Source: Malacoraja senta (lineage: Eukaryota). Taken from it: 64,000 nt of DNA. Every line of letters begins with the position of its first letter. Position 1 is the first letter of the stretch. Positions 51,331 through 63,666 of the stretch are shown here, one piece after another. Below the pieces are notes generated by a model, which had not been told where the DNA came from, did not search any database, and saw only the letters and a list, made by a program, of their open reading frames with translations. The position numbers and the translations under genes were made by a program. Location of the stretch: assembly GCA_038087875.1 (NCBI GenBank), contig CM075990.1, positions 7,566,001-7,630,000 of the forward strand, in the 5' to 3' direction.

Positions 51331-52164
51331 GGAAGATACCATCTCTGGAGAACATGGATTTGGATCAGGACCCTTCTTCAGACTGATGGTAGGGTGGAAG
51401 AAAGGTCCAGGCCCAAAAGGACAGCTATCCACATCCTCCAGAGACGCTGCCTGATCCGTTGAGTTACTCGAGCACTTTGTATCATCTTTGTAAACCAGCA
51501 ACTGCTGTTCCTTGTTTCTGAGAAGCAAAGAAGGATGCTCCTAAACTGTGCAGAGAATATAAAAGTAGAGAGCTCTTGCTTAAACCATATCGAGCATTAG
51601 TTGGACCAAAACGAAAGTATAATGCACAGTTCTGCTCACCACACCACACAGGTACCTCATGACAGCTATAGAGATGGTGCAGAAGATACTTACAAGGGTA
51701 TTGCCTGGGATGGAGAATTATCGTTATGGGGAGAGATTGACTCAGCTGGGATTGTAGTTTGACTGAGCGAATTATTAAATATTTAAATCAAATTATATGT
51801 GGTCTTGACAGGATAAATATGAAAGAACTGAGAGCAGAAAGATTGATAACATCAGCATAAATGTAAAATTGTTAATATTGGCGAGGATTTGTGTAAAAGC
51901 TGCGTCCCCTCTGCTCCAGAACAAAGCACACCGCTTCCACAGGACTCCAGCTACAATGTGCAGATCCCAATAAAGGTCCACGGCAGGACCCTGGAACACA
52001 TACATCGCTTCCCACATCTCAGGAACCAGCGATGATGAAATTCATCACCTTTAATGCACCAGCACAGCCTTTAGGTCTCGACCTGAAACGTCACCCATTC
52101 CTTCTCTCCAGAGATGCTGCCTGTCCAGCTGAGTTACTCCAGCTATTTGTTCTATCTTTCGTTT

Positions 52165-52895
52165 AGTTTAGTTAGGTTTAGTGTAGTTTATTGTCACGTG
52201 TACTGAGGTACATTGTAAAGCTTTTTTGTCACGTGCTATCATGCCAACAGAAAGTCTATACGTGATTATAATCAAGCTTCCACTGTGTACAGATACAGGA
52301 TGAAGGGAATAATGTTTATTGCAAGACAAAGTCCAGTAGAGACCAATTAAAGGTAGTCCGCGGGTCTCCAATGAGGTAGATGGTAGGTCAGGACCACTCT
52401 AGTTGGTGATAGGATGATTCAATTGCCTAATGAAAGCCCTGTCCCACGGTACGAGTTCATTCCAAGAGCTCTCCCGAGTTTAAAAAAAATCAAACTCGTG
52501 GTAAGCACGGAGAATGAACGTAGCGGGTACGCCAGAGTTCCGGGACGTCTCTTCGCTGCTCGTAACGCTAACGGCAGGTACTCGGGAAGACTCGCTAATG
52601 GCAGGTAAGCACGAGAAGACACGTGAAGATTTTTCAACATGTTGAAAAATGTCCACGAGATCCCCGAGTACCGACGAGTGGCCATTACCGTAAATCTCCG
52701 AGTTCGAATCAGGGCAAACTCGGGAGAGCTCTTGGAATGAACTCGTACCGTGGGACAGGGCTTTTACAGCTGGGAAGAAACTGTCCCTGAAACTGGAGGT
52801 GTGAGTTTTCACTCTTCTGTACCTCTTGCCTGATGGGAGAGGGGAGAGGAGTCCAGGTTAGACTAGTCCTTGATCATGCTGGTGGCCTTGCCGCA
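52165..52895 (-). mobile_element. Rex1/Babar-like 3' end interrupted by a MITE
   Basis: KTHTSSFRDSFFPAV; (CTAAA)n tail. Confidence 0.7.
52434..52763. mobile_element. PIF/Harbinger-type MITE, family B, nested in a Rex1-like tail
   Basis: TIR AAGCCCTGTCCCACGGTACGAGTTCATTCCAAGAGCTCTCCCGAGTTT and its reverse complement. Confidence 0.8.
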
Positions 52896-53282
52896 TATGA
52901 GAATGTTTCCAGGACCTGAAGGTCTGAGATACAAGGAGAGGTGCACAAGGACTTTATTCCTTGGAGCGCACGAGGCTGAGGGGAGATGTTGTAGAGGTGA
53001 ATAAGATTAAGAGAGGAATAGACATGATAGGTGCACAGAGTCTTTTTCCCAGAGAAGGGGAAACAAGCACTAGAGGGTGTAGATTTAAGGAGATAGGGGG
53101 GGGATTATTAGGAACTTGAGGATCAACCTTGTCATACAGAGGGTTTATTGAAAACCAGAGGAGGTAGTTGAGGCAGGTACTGTAACAACATTGAAAAGTC
53201 ACTTGGACAGATACATCATCTGGAGTGATACAGGCCAATTGCAGGCGGGTGGGACTAGTGTAGACAGGGGCATCTTCATCTT

Positions 53283-55673
53283 TTTTTTTTTTAAATAATT
53301 TTTTTAATAGAAGTACGGTAGATTACAGTAATGTACAACACGTATATATTAATACATTTTTTGTACCGCTTCACTTTTTTAAACTTTAAGAAAGAAAAAG
53401 AAAGAAGTAAGAAAAGTGAAGAAAGTGCGCAAAGGTTGTGAAGTGCAAAAGAGTGTTGGGAAAAGAAAGCCCCTTAGAAAAGAAGTTAGAGAAGGAAGTA
53501 AAGTTAGAAAATATACCCTAGAAAAGAAAGAGAAAGAAAGAAGGAACAATCGCTCTATTATAACTCTTATAACATACTTCATAGAGAAGGAACTACCAAC
53601 CAAGTCTGTTTTTGTTTTACCTCCCATTACCAGGTCCAGATACCTTTTATTTATTTATTTGTTTTTCTAAATTACTATTGCACCTCATGCTTGTAATAGG
53701 TCCAAAAACGTAGACCACGTCTTTTGAAATTGGTCTACTTTGCCTACTAGGAGGAATCTCATCTCTTCCAGATGTAATGTTTCCAACATATTTGATGTCC
53801 ACATTTTTATTGTTGGTGTGGGCGCATTTTTCCAGAATTTAAGTATAAGCTTTTTTCCCATTATTAGCCCATAATTGAGTAAATTCTTCTGATACACGTT
53901 TAATTCAGGAATACCTTCCGATATTCCAAAAATAATCCATTCTGGTTTTGGTACCAGTTTTATTTTGATTAATTTTGAAAAAATATCAAATATTTCAAAC
54001 CAGAATTTTTGGATTTTTGTACAAAAAACAAAAGAATGTGCTATGGTAGCTTCTTGACATATACATTTATCACAGATTGGTGAGACGTTAGGAAAGATTT
54101 TATTTAGTTTGGTTTTTGAATAATATAATCTATGTAATGTTTTAAATTGGATAAGCGTATGTCGTACGTTGATCGAGCATTTATGCACCTGTAATAAATG
54201 ATTATCCCAACTCTCTTTTGAAATTTTTATACCTAGATCTTGTTCCCAATCTCTTCTAATTCCATCTGTTGTGGGTATTTCTATGTTTAAGATGATATTA
54301 TATAAGTATGATATTAAATTAACTGATTCCGCCTTTGTCTTCATTGCTTCATCTAGTAAGTCGGAAGGCATATTATAATAATCTTTTGTGTGTGTTTTCA
54401 AATAGTCACAGATTTGTAGATATTTAAAATATTGATTATTTTTCAAATTATATTTCAGTTGTAGTTGTTGGAATGATAGTAATTTTTCTAATTCATACAG
54501 ATCTTCGAGCGTTTTGATTCCCATTCTTTCCCATTGTATAAATGCTTTATCTATGATTGAAGGTTTAAACGATGGGTTATTGACTATTGGTATTAAGAGA
54601 GATAGGTTTCTTAATTTTAGATTCTGTTTTATTTGCTTCCATGTTCTAATAGTGCTATATATAATTGGATTTTTATTATAATTTTTATTATTCAAATTTA
54701 TTGGAGAGAGAATAATCGCTCCTATATTATTCGGGGAGCAATCCCCTTTTTCCATTATAATCCAGTCCACCTGCTGGGCAGAATTGTCCAGCAGGTGAAT
54801 CATATTTTTAATATTTACTGCCCAGTTATAATACATAAAGTTAGGGAGCGCTAGACCCCCCAACTCTTTTCGTTTGTTAAGGTGTGTTCTTTGTATTCTG
54901 TGGGATTTGTAATCCCATATAAAATTTGTAATGTCTGAGTCCAGTTTTTTGAAAAACTTTTTTGGGAGATATATAGGTATTGATTGAAATAGGTAAAGGA
55001 TTTGTGGTAAGAAAATCATTTTTATAGCATTTATCCTACCTATTAAGGACATCGGAAGTGTTTTCCAAAATTTAATCAAATTATTTAATTTCTTAAGTAG
55101 GGGATTATAATTAGCTTTAAACATATCATGGTAATTTCTAGTGATCTCAATTCCTAAATATTTGAATTTTTCCATAGCTATTTTAAAAGGGAATTTCCTG
55201 AGATGTGTTGAGTCTTTTGGTTTAATCGACATAATTTCACTTTTGTTCCAATTTATTCTATATCCTGAAAAGGATCCAAAGTCCTCAATTAAGTTTAATA
55301 TATTTGGTATACTAATTTGTGGTTTTGTGATGTACAGTAGTACATCATCAGCATATAGGGATAGTTTGTTGTTTGAATATTTTGTGTTATAACCGTGAAT
55401 ATTCGAGTGTGTTCTTATTTTTTCAGCAAGGGGTTCAATTACCAAAGCAAATAACAGCGGTGATAGTGAACATCCTTGTCTGTTGCCCCTAGATAATTCG
55501 AATTTTGAAGATAATATATTATTAGTTAGTATTCTAGCTGTAGGTTTGTTATATAGTAGTTTTATCCATGCAATAAAGTTTTCTCCCAATTGGAATTTTT
55601 GCAATACTTTGATCATATAGTCCCATTCTACTTGATCAAACGCTTTTTCTGCGTCCAGTGAGATGATAGCTAA
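53283..55673 (-). mobile_element. Young 5'-truncated L1 insertion with polyA tail and 14-bp TSD, nested in a CR1 3' end
   Basis: PolyT at 53281-53292. GGCATCTTCATCTT occurs at 53269-53282 and 55674-55687. The CR1 tail resumes at about 55688-55740. Confidence 0.95.
53685..55673 (-). CDS. L1-clade LINE ORF2, 5'-truncated but uninterrupted (RT domain, thumb, C-terminal CCHC knuckle)
   Basis: 643-aa ORF. The frame stays open upstream to the element edge (LAIISLDAEKAFDQVEWDY). Motifs RQGCSLSPLLF, LYADD, KYLG, GGL and CDKC-x8-HSFVFC are present. Confidence 0.95.
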   Translation of the reverse strand, partial: LAIISLDAEKAFDQVEWDYMIKVLQKFQLGENFIAWIKLLYNKPTARILTNNILSSKFELSRGNRQGCSLSPLLFALVIEPLAEKIRTHSNIHGYNTKYSNNKLSLYADDVLLYITKPQISIPNILNLIEDFGSFSGYRINWNKSEIMSIKPKDSTHLRKFPFKIAMEKFKYLGIEITRNYHDMFKANYNPLLKKLNNLIKFWKTLPMSLIGRINAIKMIFLPQILYLFQSIPIYLPKKFFKKLDSDITNFIWDYKSHRIQRTHLNKRKELGGLALPNFMYYNWAVNIKNMIHLLDNSAQQVDWIIMEKGDCSPNNIGAIILSPINLNNKNYNKNPIIYSTIRTWKQIKQNLKLRNLSLLIPIVNNPSFKPSIIDKAFIQWERMGIKTLEDLYELEKLLSFQQLQLKYNLKNNQYFKYLQICDYLKTHTKDYYNMPSDLLDEAMKTKAESVNLISYLYNIILNIEIPTTDGIRRDWEQDLGIKISKESWDNHLLQVHKCSINVRHTLIQFKTLHRLYYSKTKLNKIFPNVSPICDKCICQEATIAHSFVFCTKIQKFWFEIFDIFSKLIKIKLVPKPEWIIFGISEGIPELNVYQKNLLNYGLIMGKKLILKFWKNAPTPTIKMWTSNMLETLHLEEMRFLLVGKVDQFQKTWSTFLDLLQA

Positions 55674-56214
55674 GGCATCTTCATCTTAATCAAGTTGGGC
55701 TGAAGAGGCTGATTCTATGCTGTATCACTGTATGATTCTAAGATCAAAACCTGAAACCTGTTACACAATTCATGATCGACTAAAAGAATATAAAAACGGG
55801 TCCTCAGATTTCAATCACGCGCTAAGGTTAAACTTCAAATAATTACATAATGCGCTAAGAGTCAAGAGCAAAAATGTTTATTTTACCATGCAGTCACTGG
55901 GGACTTTGAGCTGAATTGGACCTAACCTTGTCGGTGATACTTCACACACACAGGGAGCAGTGCGAGAGGCAACAGGATTGAAAGGTGATTTGGAAACTCT
56001 CCAGAGGAGCTGAACTGCTGGGCTTCTGGTTGTCGTCAGATTATTGACAGTCTCACATTTCTCTTTGGACATTGGTGGCCTCAGTACTTTGACAGGCCTC
56101 AGTCCGGTCGCTGTGTGCAATCAATAGAGCTTTGTTCTGGAGTAGAGGTGACTTCGGTCGAACAATTCCTTAACGCTATTCTACATCTGACTAGTATTGT
56201 TCCTGTCCTGCGAA

Positions 56215-56640
56215 TGTTTGATGAGACAATGCAGAGCAAGCTTTACTTAGTATTTGACCCTCATTGTACTGCACTGTGGAGTGTGTTAGATTGTGCCTTG
56301 CACAGGGAACATCACTCTATTTACTGTAAATCGTACTTCTGCTGGCTTGGTAATGTTTGAATGGAGAGTGCTATAATCTGTCTTGCATCCTATATCTGAC
56401 CTGGCTCTATTTGATGTGTGTGATATGTGAGTGCTTCACTCTGTATCTAACTCGTGCCATCCTGCCGTGGCCATTTCATGTGGGCTATATTATGTCGTTA
56501 ACCTGTAGTATGTCTGCCTTCTGGCAGTTTGATCAGACAGTGTGAAGGAGGCTGCCGTTCTTTATCTAAATTATACTGTATGTGCTCAGGATATGTTAGA
56601 GGGGGAAGTGTCGAGGGATTTGTACTGTCTAACATATTTT
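56215..56640. repeat. Highly degenerate 60-70-bp satellite-like array
   Basis: Recurrent gtttgatNNgacagtg...cttYactctgtatctaac...ctgtacctg-like blocks. Confidence 0.5.
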
Positions 56641-56819
56641 GTGTCGGAAGGAACTGGTTTAAACCGAAGATGGACACAAAAAGCTGGAGTAACTCAGCGA
56701 GACAGGCAGCATCTCTGGAGAGAAGGAATGGGTGACATTTCGGGTTGAGACCCTTCTTCAGACCCATTTTGTTCCAGCGTTTGGAGTCCTGCATCCCATG
56801 AACATCCATCCTTTATTTA

Positions 56820-56955
56820 ATGTACCACTAACTATCCTCAGCCATGTCATGCCCCGTCTATGGGGCTGTGGAGCCCACATCAGTCTCATTAGCCACCTGA
56901 GCACCCACATAACTGGAGTGGACACAAGGCATCCTTGATCCTGAGGGACTGACTG
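56820..56955 (+). mobile_element. RTE-clade 3' end
   Basis: CGAHISLISHLSTH. Confidence 0.6.
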
Positions 56956-57020
56956 CCTTGGATAAAGACTTAATCCAATTCATGTTGGGAAGGCACAGTT
57001 TGGGTAGAGCAACCAATCTT

Positions 57021-57310
57021 TGGGCAGCATGGTGGTGCGGCTGGTAGAACTGTGGCCTCACAGCGCCAGAGCCCCAGGTCGGATCCTGACCTCGGGTGCT
57101 GTCTATGTTGAGTTTGCAGGTTCGTCCTGTTTCCGCCCGCATCCTAAAGACGTGCGGGTTTGTCGGTTCATCGGCAGCTGTGAATTGCCCTCGTGTGTAG
57201 GGAGAGTGGCTGCAAAAGTTGGGATAACACAGATCTAGTGTGAATGGGTGATCGATGGGCGGCCTGGACTCAGCGGGACAATGAGCCGTTTTCAGTGATG
57301 TGTCTTTCAA
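57021..57310 (+). mobile_element. HE1-type SINE variant
   Basis: A/B boxes and partial V domain. Confidence 0.8.
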
Positions 57311-58217
57311 CCGATCAATCAAGTGTTTAACTCGATGAAAGAACTGACGATTAAAAGAACAAGACCAGTCTCTGGCAAAAGGGAGGGGAAAGCTTATGTC
57401 TCCTCGAACAAAGCTACCGTTTACAAAATGTCCTGTGGAGATAGATGAGGCACATTGTACTGGTCCGCACACTGACATGGTCCCAGCAAACCAGATGTAG
57501 CTTCTGTGGATTACACCCACTGCTGATTAATGCATGTGGGTTAGGCCTGAATCCTGGAACGGGATTTCCACGACACAGAGGCCATCGACTGGACAGACCG
57601 AAAGACTGAGCTGGAACTTGTGGTCCCGATTTCATTTGGTGTCAACCAAGTAACAGCTAAACTGTTAATGGCTATCTATTGAGTAGCAGTCAAATCAGCA
57701 AGGCCTGTTGTCAAGAGGAGGAGTTGTCTTTAAAGTCATAGAATCATACGATATGGAAACAAGCCCTTTGGCCCAACTTGCCCCCACCGACCAACATATT
57801 CCACCTACACTAGTCCCACCAGACTGTGTTTTGCCAATATCCCTCTAAACCTGCCCTTCCCATTCAACGTAAAGTTTTTTAGATAAGATTGTAAGAATGA
57901 ATTGTCCGCCTATGGCAATAAATTTGCAATGAGGTGGAGCTGTGAAAGCAATTTTGATATGTTGAGAATGTGAATAATTTGTTTCTGTTGCGTGGATAAG
58001 GACTGTGATTTGTTTCCCAATGGCAGTTAACCTTCATAGTCCAACAAATTGCAAACTGGGGCCCAAATTGAAGGGTCAGGGCTAATTCTGGTCTCGGGCC
58101 TCTGTCAAATACAGACTAAGGGGAGGCATGTAGTGTGGAGAAACATTAGCCTATCAATGTCTTAAGACAATGGGAGAAGTTAGTGCAGCACACTGTCTAT
58201 CAGTGTACAATGAGGTG

Positions 58218-58652
58218 CACTGACCCTCATGGGATACAGTCTCACACACACTGACCCTCACTGCGGTACAGTTGCACACACTGACACTCACGGTGATACA
58301 GTCTCACACACACTGACCCTCACTGGGGTACAGTTGCACACACTGACCCTCATGGTGATACAGTCACACACACTGGCCTTCACTGGGGTAGAGTGTCACA
58401 CACACACTGACCCTCACTGGGGTAGAGTGTCACACACACACTGGCCCTCACTGGGGTACAGTGTCACACACACACTGACCCTCACTGGGGTAGAGTGTCA
58501 CACACACACTGACCCTCACTGGGGTACAGTGTCACACACACACTGACCCTCACTGGGGTAGAGTGTCACACACACACTGGCCCTCACTGGGGTACAGTGT
58601 CACACACACACTGACCCTCACGGTGACACAGTCTCACACACACACTGACTTT
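58218..58652. repeat. 30-34-bp minisatellite, about 13 units (CACACACACTGACCCTCACTGGGGTACAGTGTCA)
   Basis: Period of 34 bp over 58373-58645. Confidence 0.95.
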
Positions 58653-58699
58653 CACAGTGGAATGGGTCTTACACACTCTCATTGCGGACTTGTAAATAG

Positions 58700-58890
58700 A
58701 ATTAAACATCATGCTATCATCAGCGAACATCGCCCCTTCATACCTTATGATGGAAGGAACGCCATCGATGAGGCATCTGAAGATGTTTGTCTACGATGCC
58801 TTCCTGAGGAACTCCTGCAATGATGTGCTGGCGCTGGGATAATTTGCCTGCAGTGAGCACACCACCTTCCTCTGTCTGTGTACTATCCAG
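58700..58890 (-). mobile_element. CR1/L2-type RT fragment
   Basis: AGVPQE...MFADD on the minus strand. Confidence 0.6.
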
Positions 58891-59565
58891 TCCATTCATA
58901 CCGTACATTAGTACAGTCTAGCCCTGCACACGTACACCAGGGAGTGCAAAGAGTAAAATAACCCTCGTGCAGTATATACTGTAGCATTACAATATTACAG
59001 CTACAGTGAAAGTGCAGTATTCTATTAAAAGTGCAAGGGCTGCAATGAGGTAGATTGGAAGATTGGGGAATAGATTATGAGAGAGGTCCACTCAGTCGTC
59101 TGATAACAGCAGGAGAGAAGCTGTTTCTGAAGCTGGTGTGTGCTTTTAAACCTTTGTATCTTCTGCCCAGTGGGATGTAAACGGCACTGGATTATGATGG
59201 CAGCGTGAAGTGTAGATGGGATACATGGTGGGGAAGTGGGTTTGTGTGATGGACTGGGCTCAGTTGTAGTTGTAGTTGTGCATTTGCGTCTCACTAAGCT
59301 CGTCATTCTCACCTCGCCATTTTCAGTTATGCTTGGTGCTACTGCGCTACAGTGCACTCCTCTTGAACCGGAGTTCATCCTCTGCTTTGATACTTATGGC
59401 AGAGAGAGGGACTCGCTGGGCCATGAGCTACTCCTCATGGATCCATCTCAGTGTTGGCCTGCCCACCTGTTCTGGGGCAATCCCATGCAGTATGTTCACC
59501 GTGCCACACAATAACATGGAGGGCGTCCTCGATCTCCACAGGACCTCTGCAATGCTCACATTAGC

Positions 59566-59869
59566 TTTAGTTTAGTTTAGTTTCGAGATACGGCACGGAA
59601 ACAGGCCCTTCGGCCCACCGAGTCCGCGCTGACCAGCGATCCCCGCACATTAACACCACCCTACACACACTAGGAACAATTAACTCTGTTTACCAATGCC
59701 AATTGACCTGCAAACCTGCACGTCTCTGGTGTGTGTGAGGAAGCCAGAGAACCCACGCGTTCACTGGGAGAACGTACAAACTCCGTACAGACTGCACCCA
59801 CATTCGGGGTCGACCCAGGTCTCTGGCGCTGTGAGGCAGCAACTCTACCGCTGCGCCACCGTGCCGCCC
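59566..59869 (-). mobile_element. HE1-type SINE, full length
   Basis: A/B boxes, V domain, tail. Confidence 0.9.
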
Positions 59870-60376
59870 TACTTCTACCAATACCGCCGTCAACAGACAC
59901 AGACATTACATTTTTCTGTCGATAAGTAGATTTACCCCTCACCTAGGTTTACTCATCAATGTGGCAGCAATGCCATCGTGTCGTGTGAGTCCGTGCCAAT
60001 CATCGAGCACCTACGCCAGTCCTGTTATATCCTCTCCACATCCCTGTCAACCTGCCTCACATTCTAACAGGTTCACCAGGGGCAGTTTACGATGGCCAGT
60101 TGACCGACCACACATCTGAGGGATGTGGAAGGAAACTGGAACAACTCCAGGAATGGAAGTCTCTCAGCCACTGAATGCAGAGCGTGCTATCACAGGCTAT
60201 CCCACTGACCTACCACATGCTCATTGACCTGCTGAGACCACGCTAACCCAAGAAACACAGCTTGGGAACTCAAATTCAAATCTCCAACACGGCCTGCCTT
60301 GAGCGATTGCAATTTTCGCTGCACCAGGCCAACTAAGAGATGGGTGGAGAACTCAAAAAGGGCACCTTCTCCTCAC

Positions 60377-60615
60377 CACTGCGTAGAGAGCTCTGGAGTA
60401 GAGAGTGGAGAACACATCAGGCATCCTGTGTGGGTATGTCTGCCTTGTTCAGACATTTGTGAGTAGTGCAGGCAATTTTGTGGATTATGGATCAGTCTAT
60501 CTAAGGCGTGAGCATCTCCTTTGATCAACTCTCCAGTTTCTTCTGCTTCTGAACATGATTCCACACACATCACCACACGTGTCTCTACGTACACAGTCCT
60601 CACTGCTCTCCCCTC
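60377..60615 (-). CDS. Possible isolated exon (EGRAVRTVYVETRVVMCVESCS...)
   Basis: Polypyrimidine acceptor ctctctttcttttcgaag and donor TG|GTGAGG. 79 open codons in unique sequence; no recognisable domain. Confidence 0.25.
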
Positions 60616-60745
60616 CTTCGAAAAGAAAGAGAGCGTCACATATTCACATTCATTAATTCACCCTTCCCCAAAGATTCTATCTGGGATCTTCTCACAGGAA
60701 AGGTGGCCATTGTCATTGCGTCCATTTGGTTTGAGAAAGAATGAG

Positions 60746-61068
60746 TAGGAAGGAACTGCAGATGCTGGTTTACACCAAAGGTAGACACACAATGCTGGAT
60801 TCGTACCCACTCGTTATCACCTCTTCCACCGCCAACAATGGACCATTGTGGGCTCCACTTTTCCTTGATCATCCTTGCTGGCCTTGATTTGTTCTTTTCA
60901 TATCTTTCATTCTTTTGCTCTTTGTACCCCCTCATACCTCCAGTTTCCCTCTCCCCTGATTCTCAGTCTGAGGAAGGGTCTCGACCCGAAACGTCGCCTA
61001 TTCCTTTTCTCCAGAGATGCTGCCTGGCCCGCTGAGTTACTCCAACTTTTTGTGCCTATCTTTGGTTT
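60746..61068. mobile_element. Longer Penelope 3' fragment (pyrimidine-rich tail plus hammerhead unit) with an inverted partial copy
   Basis: Inverted gtaggaaggaactgcagatgctgg, then a pyrimidine-rich tract leading into the core at 60968. Confidence 0.7.
60968..60995 (+). ncRNA. Minimal hammerhead ribozyme core (N7=G)
   Basis: CTGAGGAAGGGTCTCGACCCGAAACGTC. Confidence 0.7.
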
Positions 61069-61443
61069 GAGAAAGTTGTGGCTTCGTGATCCACTTCTGT
61101 GGTATATTATTTCTTCCAGTCTCTTTTGTAATCACCTGAGACACAAAACAGGAAGTTCTCTTGTATATCTTTGACAGAACGTGTCATAAACATGATTTTA
61201 TCTACCAATATCTCTCTCTGTCTCTCTGTACTGCACACTTCTGCTAATACGCCAACAACTTACAAATGTCACCTTTGCTATTCGCTGTTGACACCAAACT
61301 GTGTCGTGTTGTTTGAACTGTTCCTCAACGTAACTTGAATCATAATTTCATTTTTCCCCCCAGAAAAGCAGCTCGTCTACTCATTACCGACTCAGCAGAA
61401 ATATAGCTTGTTGTGGAACGTGGTGTCATCTTCAGTTTAGTGT

Positions 61444-61652
61444 GGGGAGATAAAAATGCTGGAGAAACTCAGCGGGTGAGGCAGCATCCATTGAGCGAAG
61501 GAATAGGTGACGTTTCTTCAGACTGAAGAAGGGTCTCGACCCGAAACTTCACCTATTTCCTTCGCTCCATGGATGCTGCTGCACCCGCTGAGTTTCCCCA
61601 GCATTTTTATCTACCTTTGATTTTTCCAGCATCTGCAGTTCCTTCTTAAACA
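61444..61652. mobile_element. Palindromic Penelope-derived mini-element with 13-bp TSD
   Basis: TTCAGTTTAGTGT at 61431-61443 and 61653-61665; inverted arms. Confidence 0.85.
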
Positions 61653-61665
61653 TTCAGTTTAGTGT

Positions 61666-62260
61666 AGTTTAGTTTATTATTGTCACGTGCATCGAGGTAC
61701 GGTGAAAAGCTTCCTTGTTGCATGCTATCCAGTCAGTGAAAATACTATACATGATTACAAACTAGCCGTCCACAGTGTACAGTTACAGGATAAAGGAAAT
61801 AACATTTAGTGCAAGATAAAGTCCAGTAAATTCCAATTGAAGATAGACCGAGGGTCTCCAGTGTAGATGGTCTGTCATGATTCAGTTGCCCGATAACAGC
61901 TGGGAAGAAATCTGAATGCCCCTGAATCTGGAGGTGTGCGTTTTCACACTCCTGTACCTCTTGCCTGACGGGAGAGGGGAGAAGAGGGAGTGAGTGGGGT
62001 GAGTGGCGGGTTATGTTGTTGGTCGTATGGTTCAGTTGCTTGATAACAGCTGGCAAGAAACTGTCCCTGAATCTGGAGGTGGGCGTTTTCACACTTCTAT
62101 ATATCTTGCCGGGGTGCGACCTGATTATGCTGGTGGCCTTGCCGAGGAAGCGTGAGTTGTAAATAGAGTCAAAGGAATGGAGGCTGGTTTGTGTGATGGT
62201 CTGGGCTGCGTCCACAATTCTTTGCAATTTCTTGCGGCCTTGGATGGAGCTGTTCCCACC
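61666..62260 (-). mobile_element. Rex1/Babar-like 3' fragments (internally duplicated)
   Basis: RKKLQRIVDAAQTIT...TSRFRDSFLPAVIKQLN. Confidence 0.75.
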
Positions 62261-62842
62261 ATTATAGACAATAGACAATAGACAATAGGTGCAGGAGTAG
62301 GCCATTCGGCCCTTCTCCCGCCAGGGATTATTTATTGTAGAATTTAAGCCATCGGCCATCATGTTTTTGAGATGTAGGAAGAAACCAGAGAGCCAGGTGG
62401 AGGGAGAGTGGTGGGACCCATGTAGTTATAGAGAGAACCTGCAAACTCCACACTGAAAGCACCAACGATTAAGATTGAATCCAGGTCAGTGAAGCTGTGG
62501 GGCAACAGCACTACCTGCTGCATCACTATGGCACCTGCTGTTGAGGTTTTTCTCTGTATGAATATGTACTGAGCTATCGAATCAGCACTGATCCTAGTAT
62601 TCAGATATTCCCTCTGCTATAGTTGTGTCTGTTAGTTCATCATCTTGATGACTTAATTTTATCTTGTCATTTGTAGCTTAAAATAAACCTTCTGTAATCT
62701 TTTCACCCTGCAAGGTAATTTTGTGTAGGAGTAAAGACCTTATTAGTGTTAATCATTAAATACTTCTGATAGTGTTCATCCACGTTCAGTTGACAACATG
62801 CATGTCAAAGATCGGTGAAAACTTTGACTCCTGCCCATCAGT

Positions 62843-62870
62843 CTGAAGAAGGGTCCCGACCCGAAACGTC
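62843..62870 (+). ncRNA. Minimal hammerhead ribozyme core
   Basis: CTGAAGAAGGGTCCCGACCCGAAACGTC. Confidence 0.7.
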
Positions 62871-63327
62871 ACCCATTCCTTCTCTCCAGAGATGCTGCCT
62901 GTCCCGCTGAGTTACTCCAGCATTTTGTGTCCGTCGTCGGTTTAAACCAGCACCTGCAGTTCCTTCCTGCACATTCTCTGTGTAAACGCTGTGAATTTTA
63001 TTGTCGAGGTTTGATGTTCAGGAATGTTTAATTGTCATATGCACCAACAGCGGAACAATGAAATTCTTAATTGCAGCACTACGCAAGCTTGTGAGTGCAA
63101 TGCACACAGATAATATAAAATAAGTACAAATTCAATCCATTATAAACCACTAAACAAGTGCAAAAGAGAAACCTAAAGTCCTTAATGCAACCAAAGAAAG
63201 TCCGTAGATGTTCATGTTCGAGGTCTGTGTTGTGTAGTGTTCATGAGCCTGATGGTTGTTGGGAAGAAAGCTGTTCTTTAACATGTTGGTCACAATTTTC
63301 AGAATTGGAAATGGTCGAGAATGTTTA

Positions 63328-63666
63328 AGGACCTGTCCCACTTTCCCGAGTTATTCACAAATTCTCCCGAGTGTTCAAACTCGCAGACAGTTCGTAACGA
63401 GTCCGTAGGAGTCCGTGGATATATCGTAGCGGCTCGTTATGCCAGCCGTAGGTACTCGGGGCATCAGGTAAGTCGGGACGTTTTTTCGGCCGGGTGAAAA
63501 ATGTCCATGAGTAAAACAATAGCCCCAAGTACCTACGGCTGGCATAACGAGCCGCTATGATATATCCATGGCCTCCTATGGCCTCCTACATACTCGTTAC
63601 GAACATTCTGCGAGTTTGAAAACTCGGGAGAATTTGTGAATAACTCAGGAAAGTGGGACAGGCCCT
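63328..63666. mobile_element. PIF/Harbinger-type MITE, family A
   Basis: Same TIR; TTA/TAA flanks. Confidence 0.85.

Noticed and set aside
55886..56207. Minus-strand exon-like segment
   Set aside because: No frame is open end to end, and the acceptor lies at the edge of a degenerate satellite.
58218..58652. CRISPR-like array of palindromic 34-bp repeats
   Set aside because: No unique spacers, no cas genes and a vertebrate context; it is a minisatellite.
59311..59540. Minus-strand exon ending ...ITENGE|GTGAGA, reminiscent of the C-terminus of SynGAP/DAB2IP-type RasGAPs
   Set aside because: The match is only six residues, there is an in-frame stop just upstream, and no phase-compatible strong acceptor exists.
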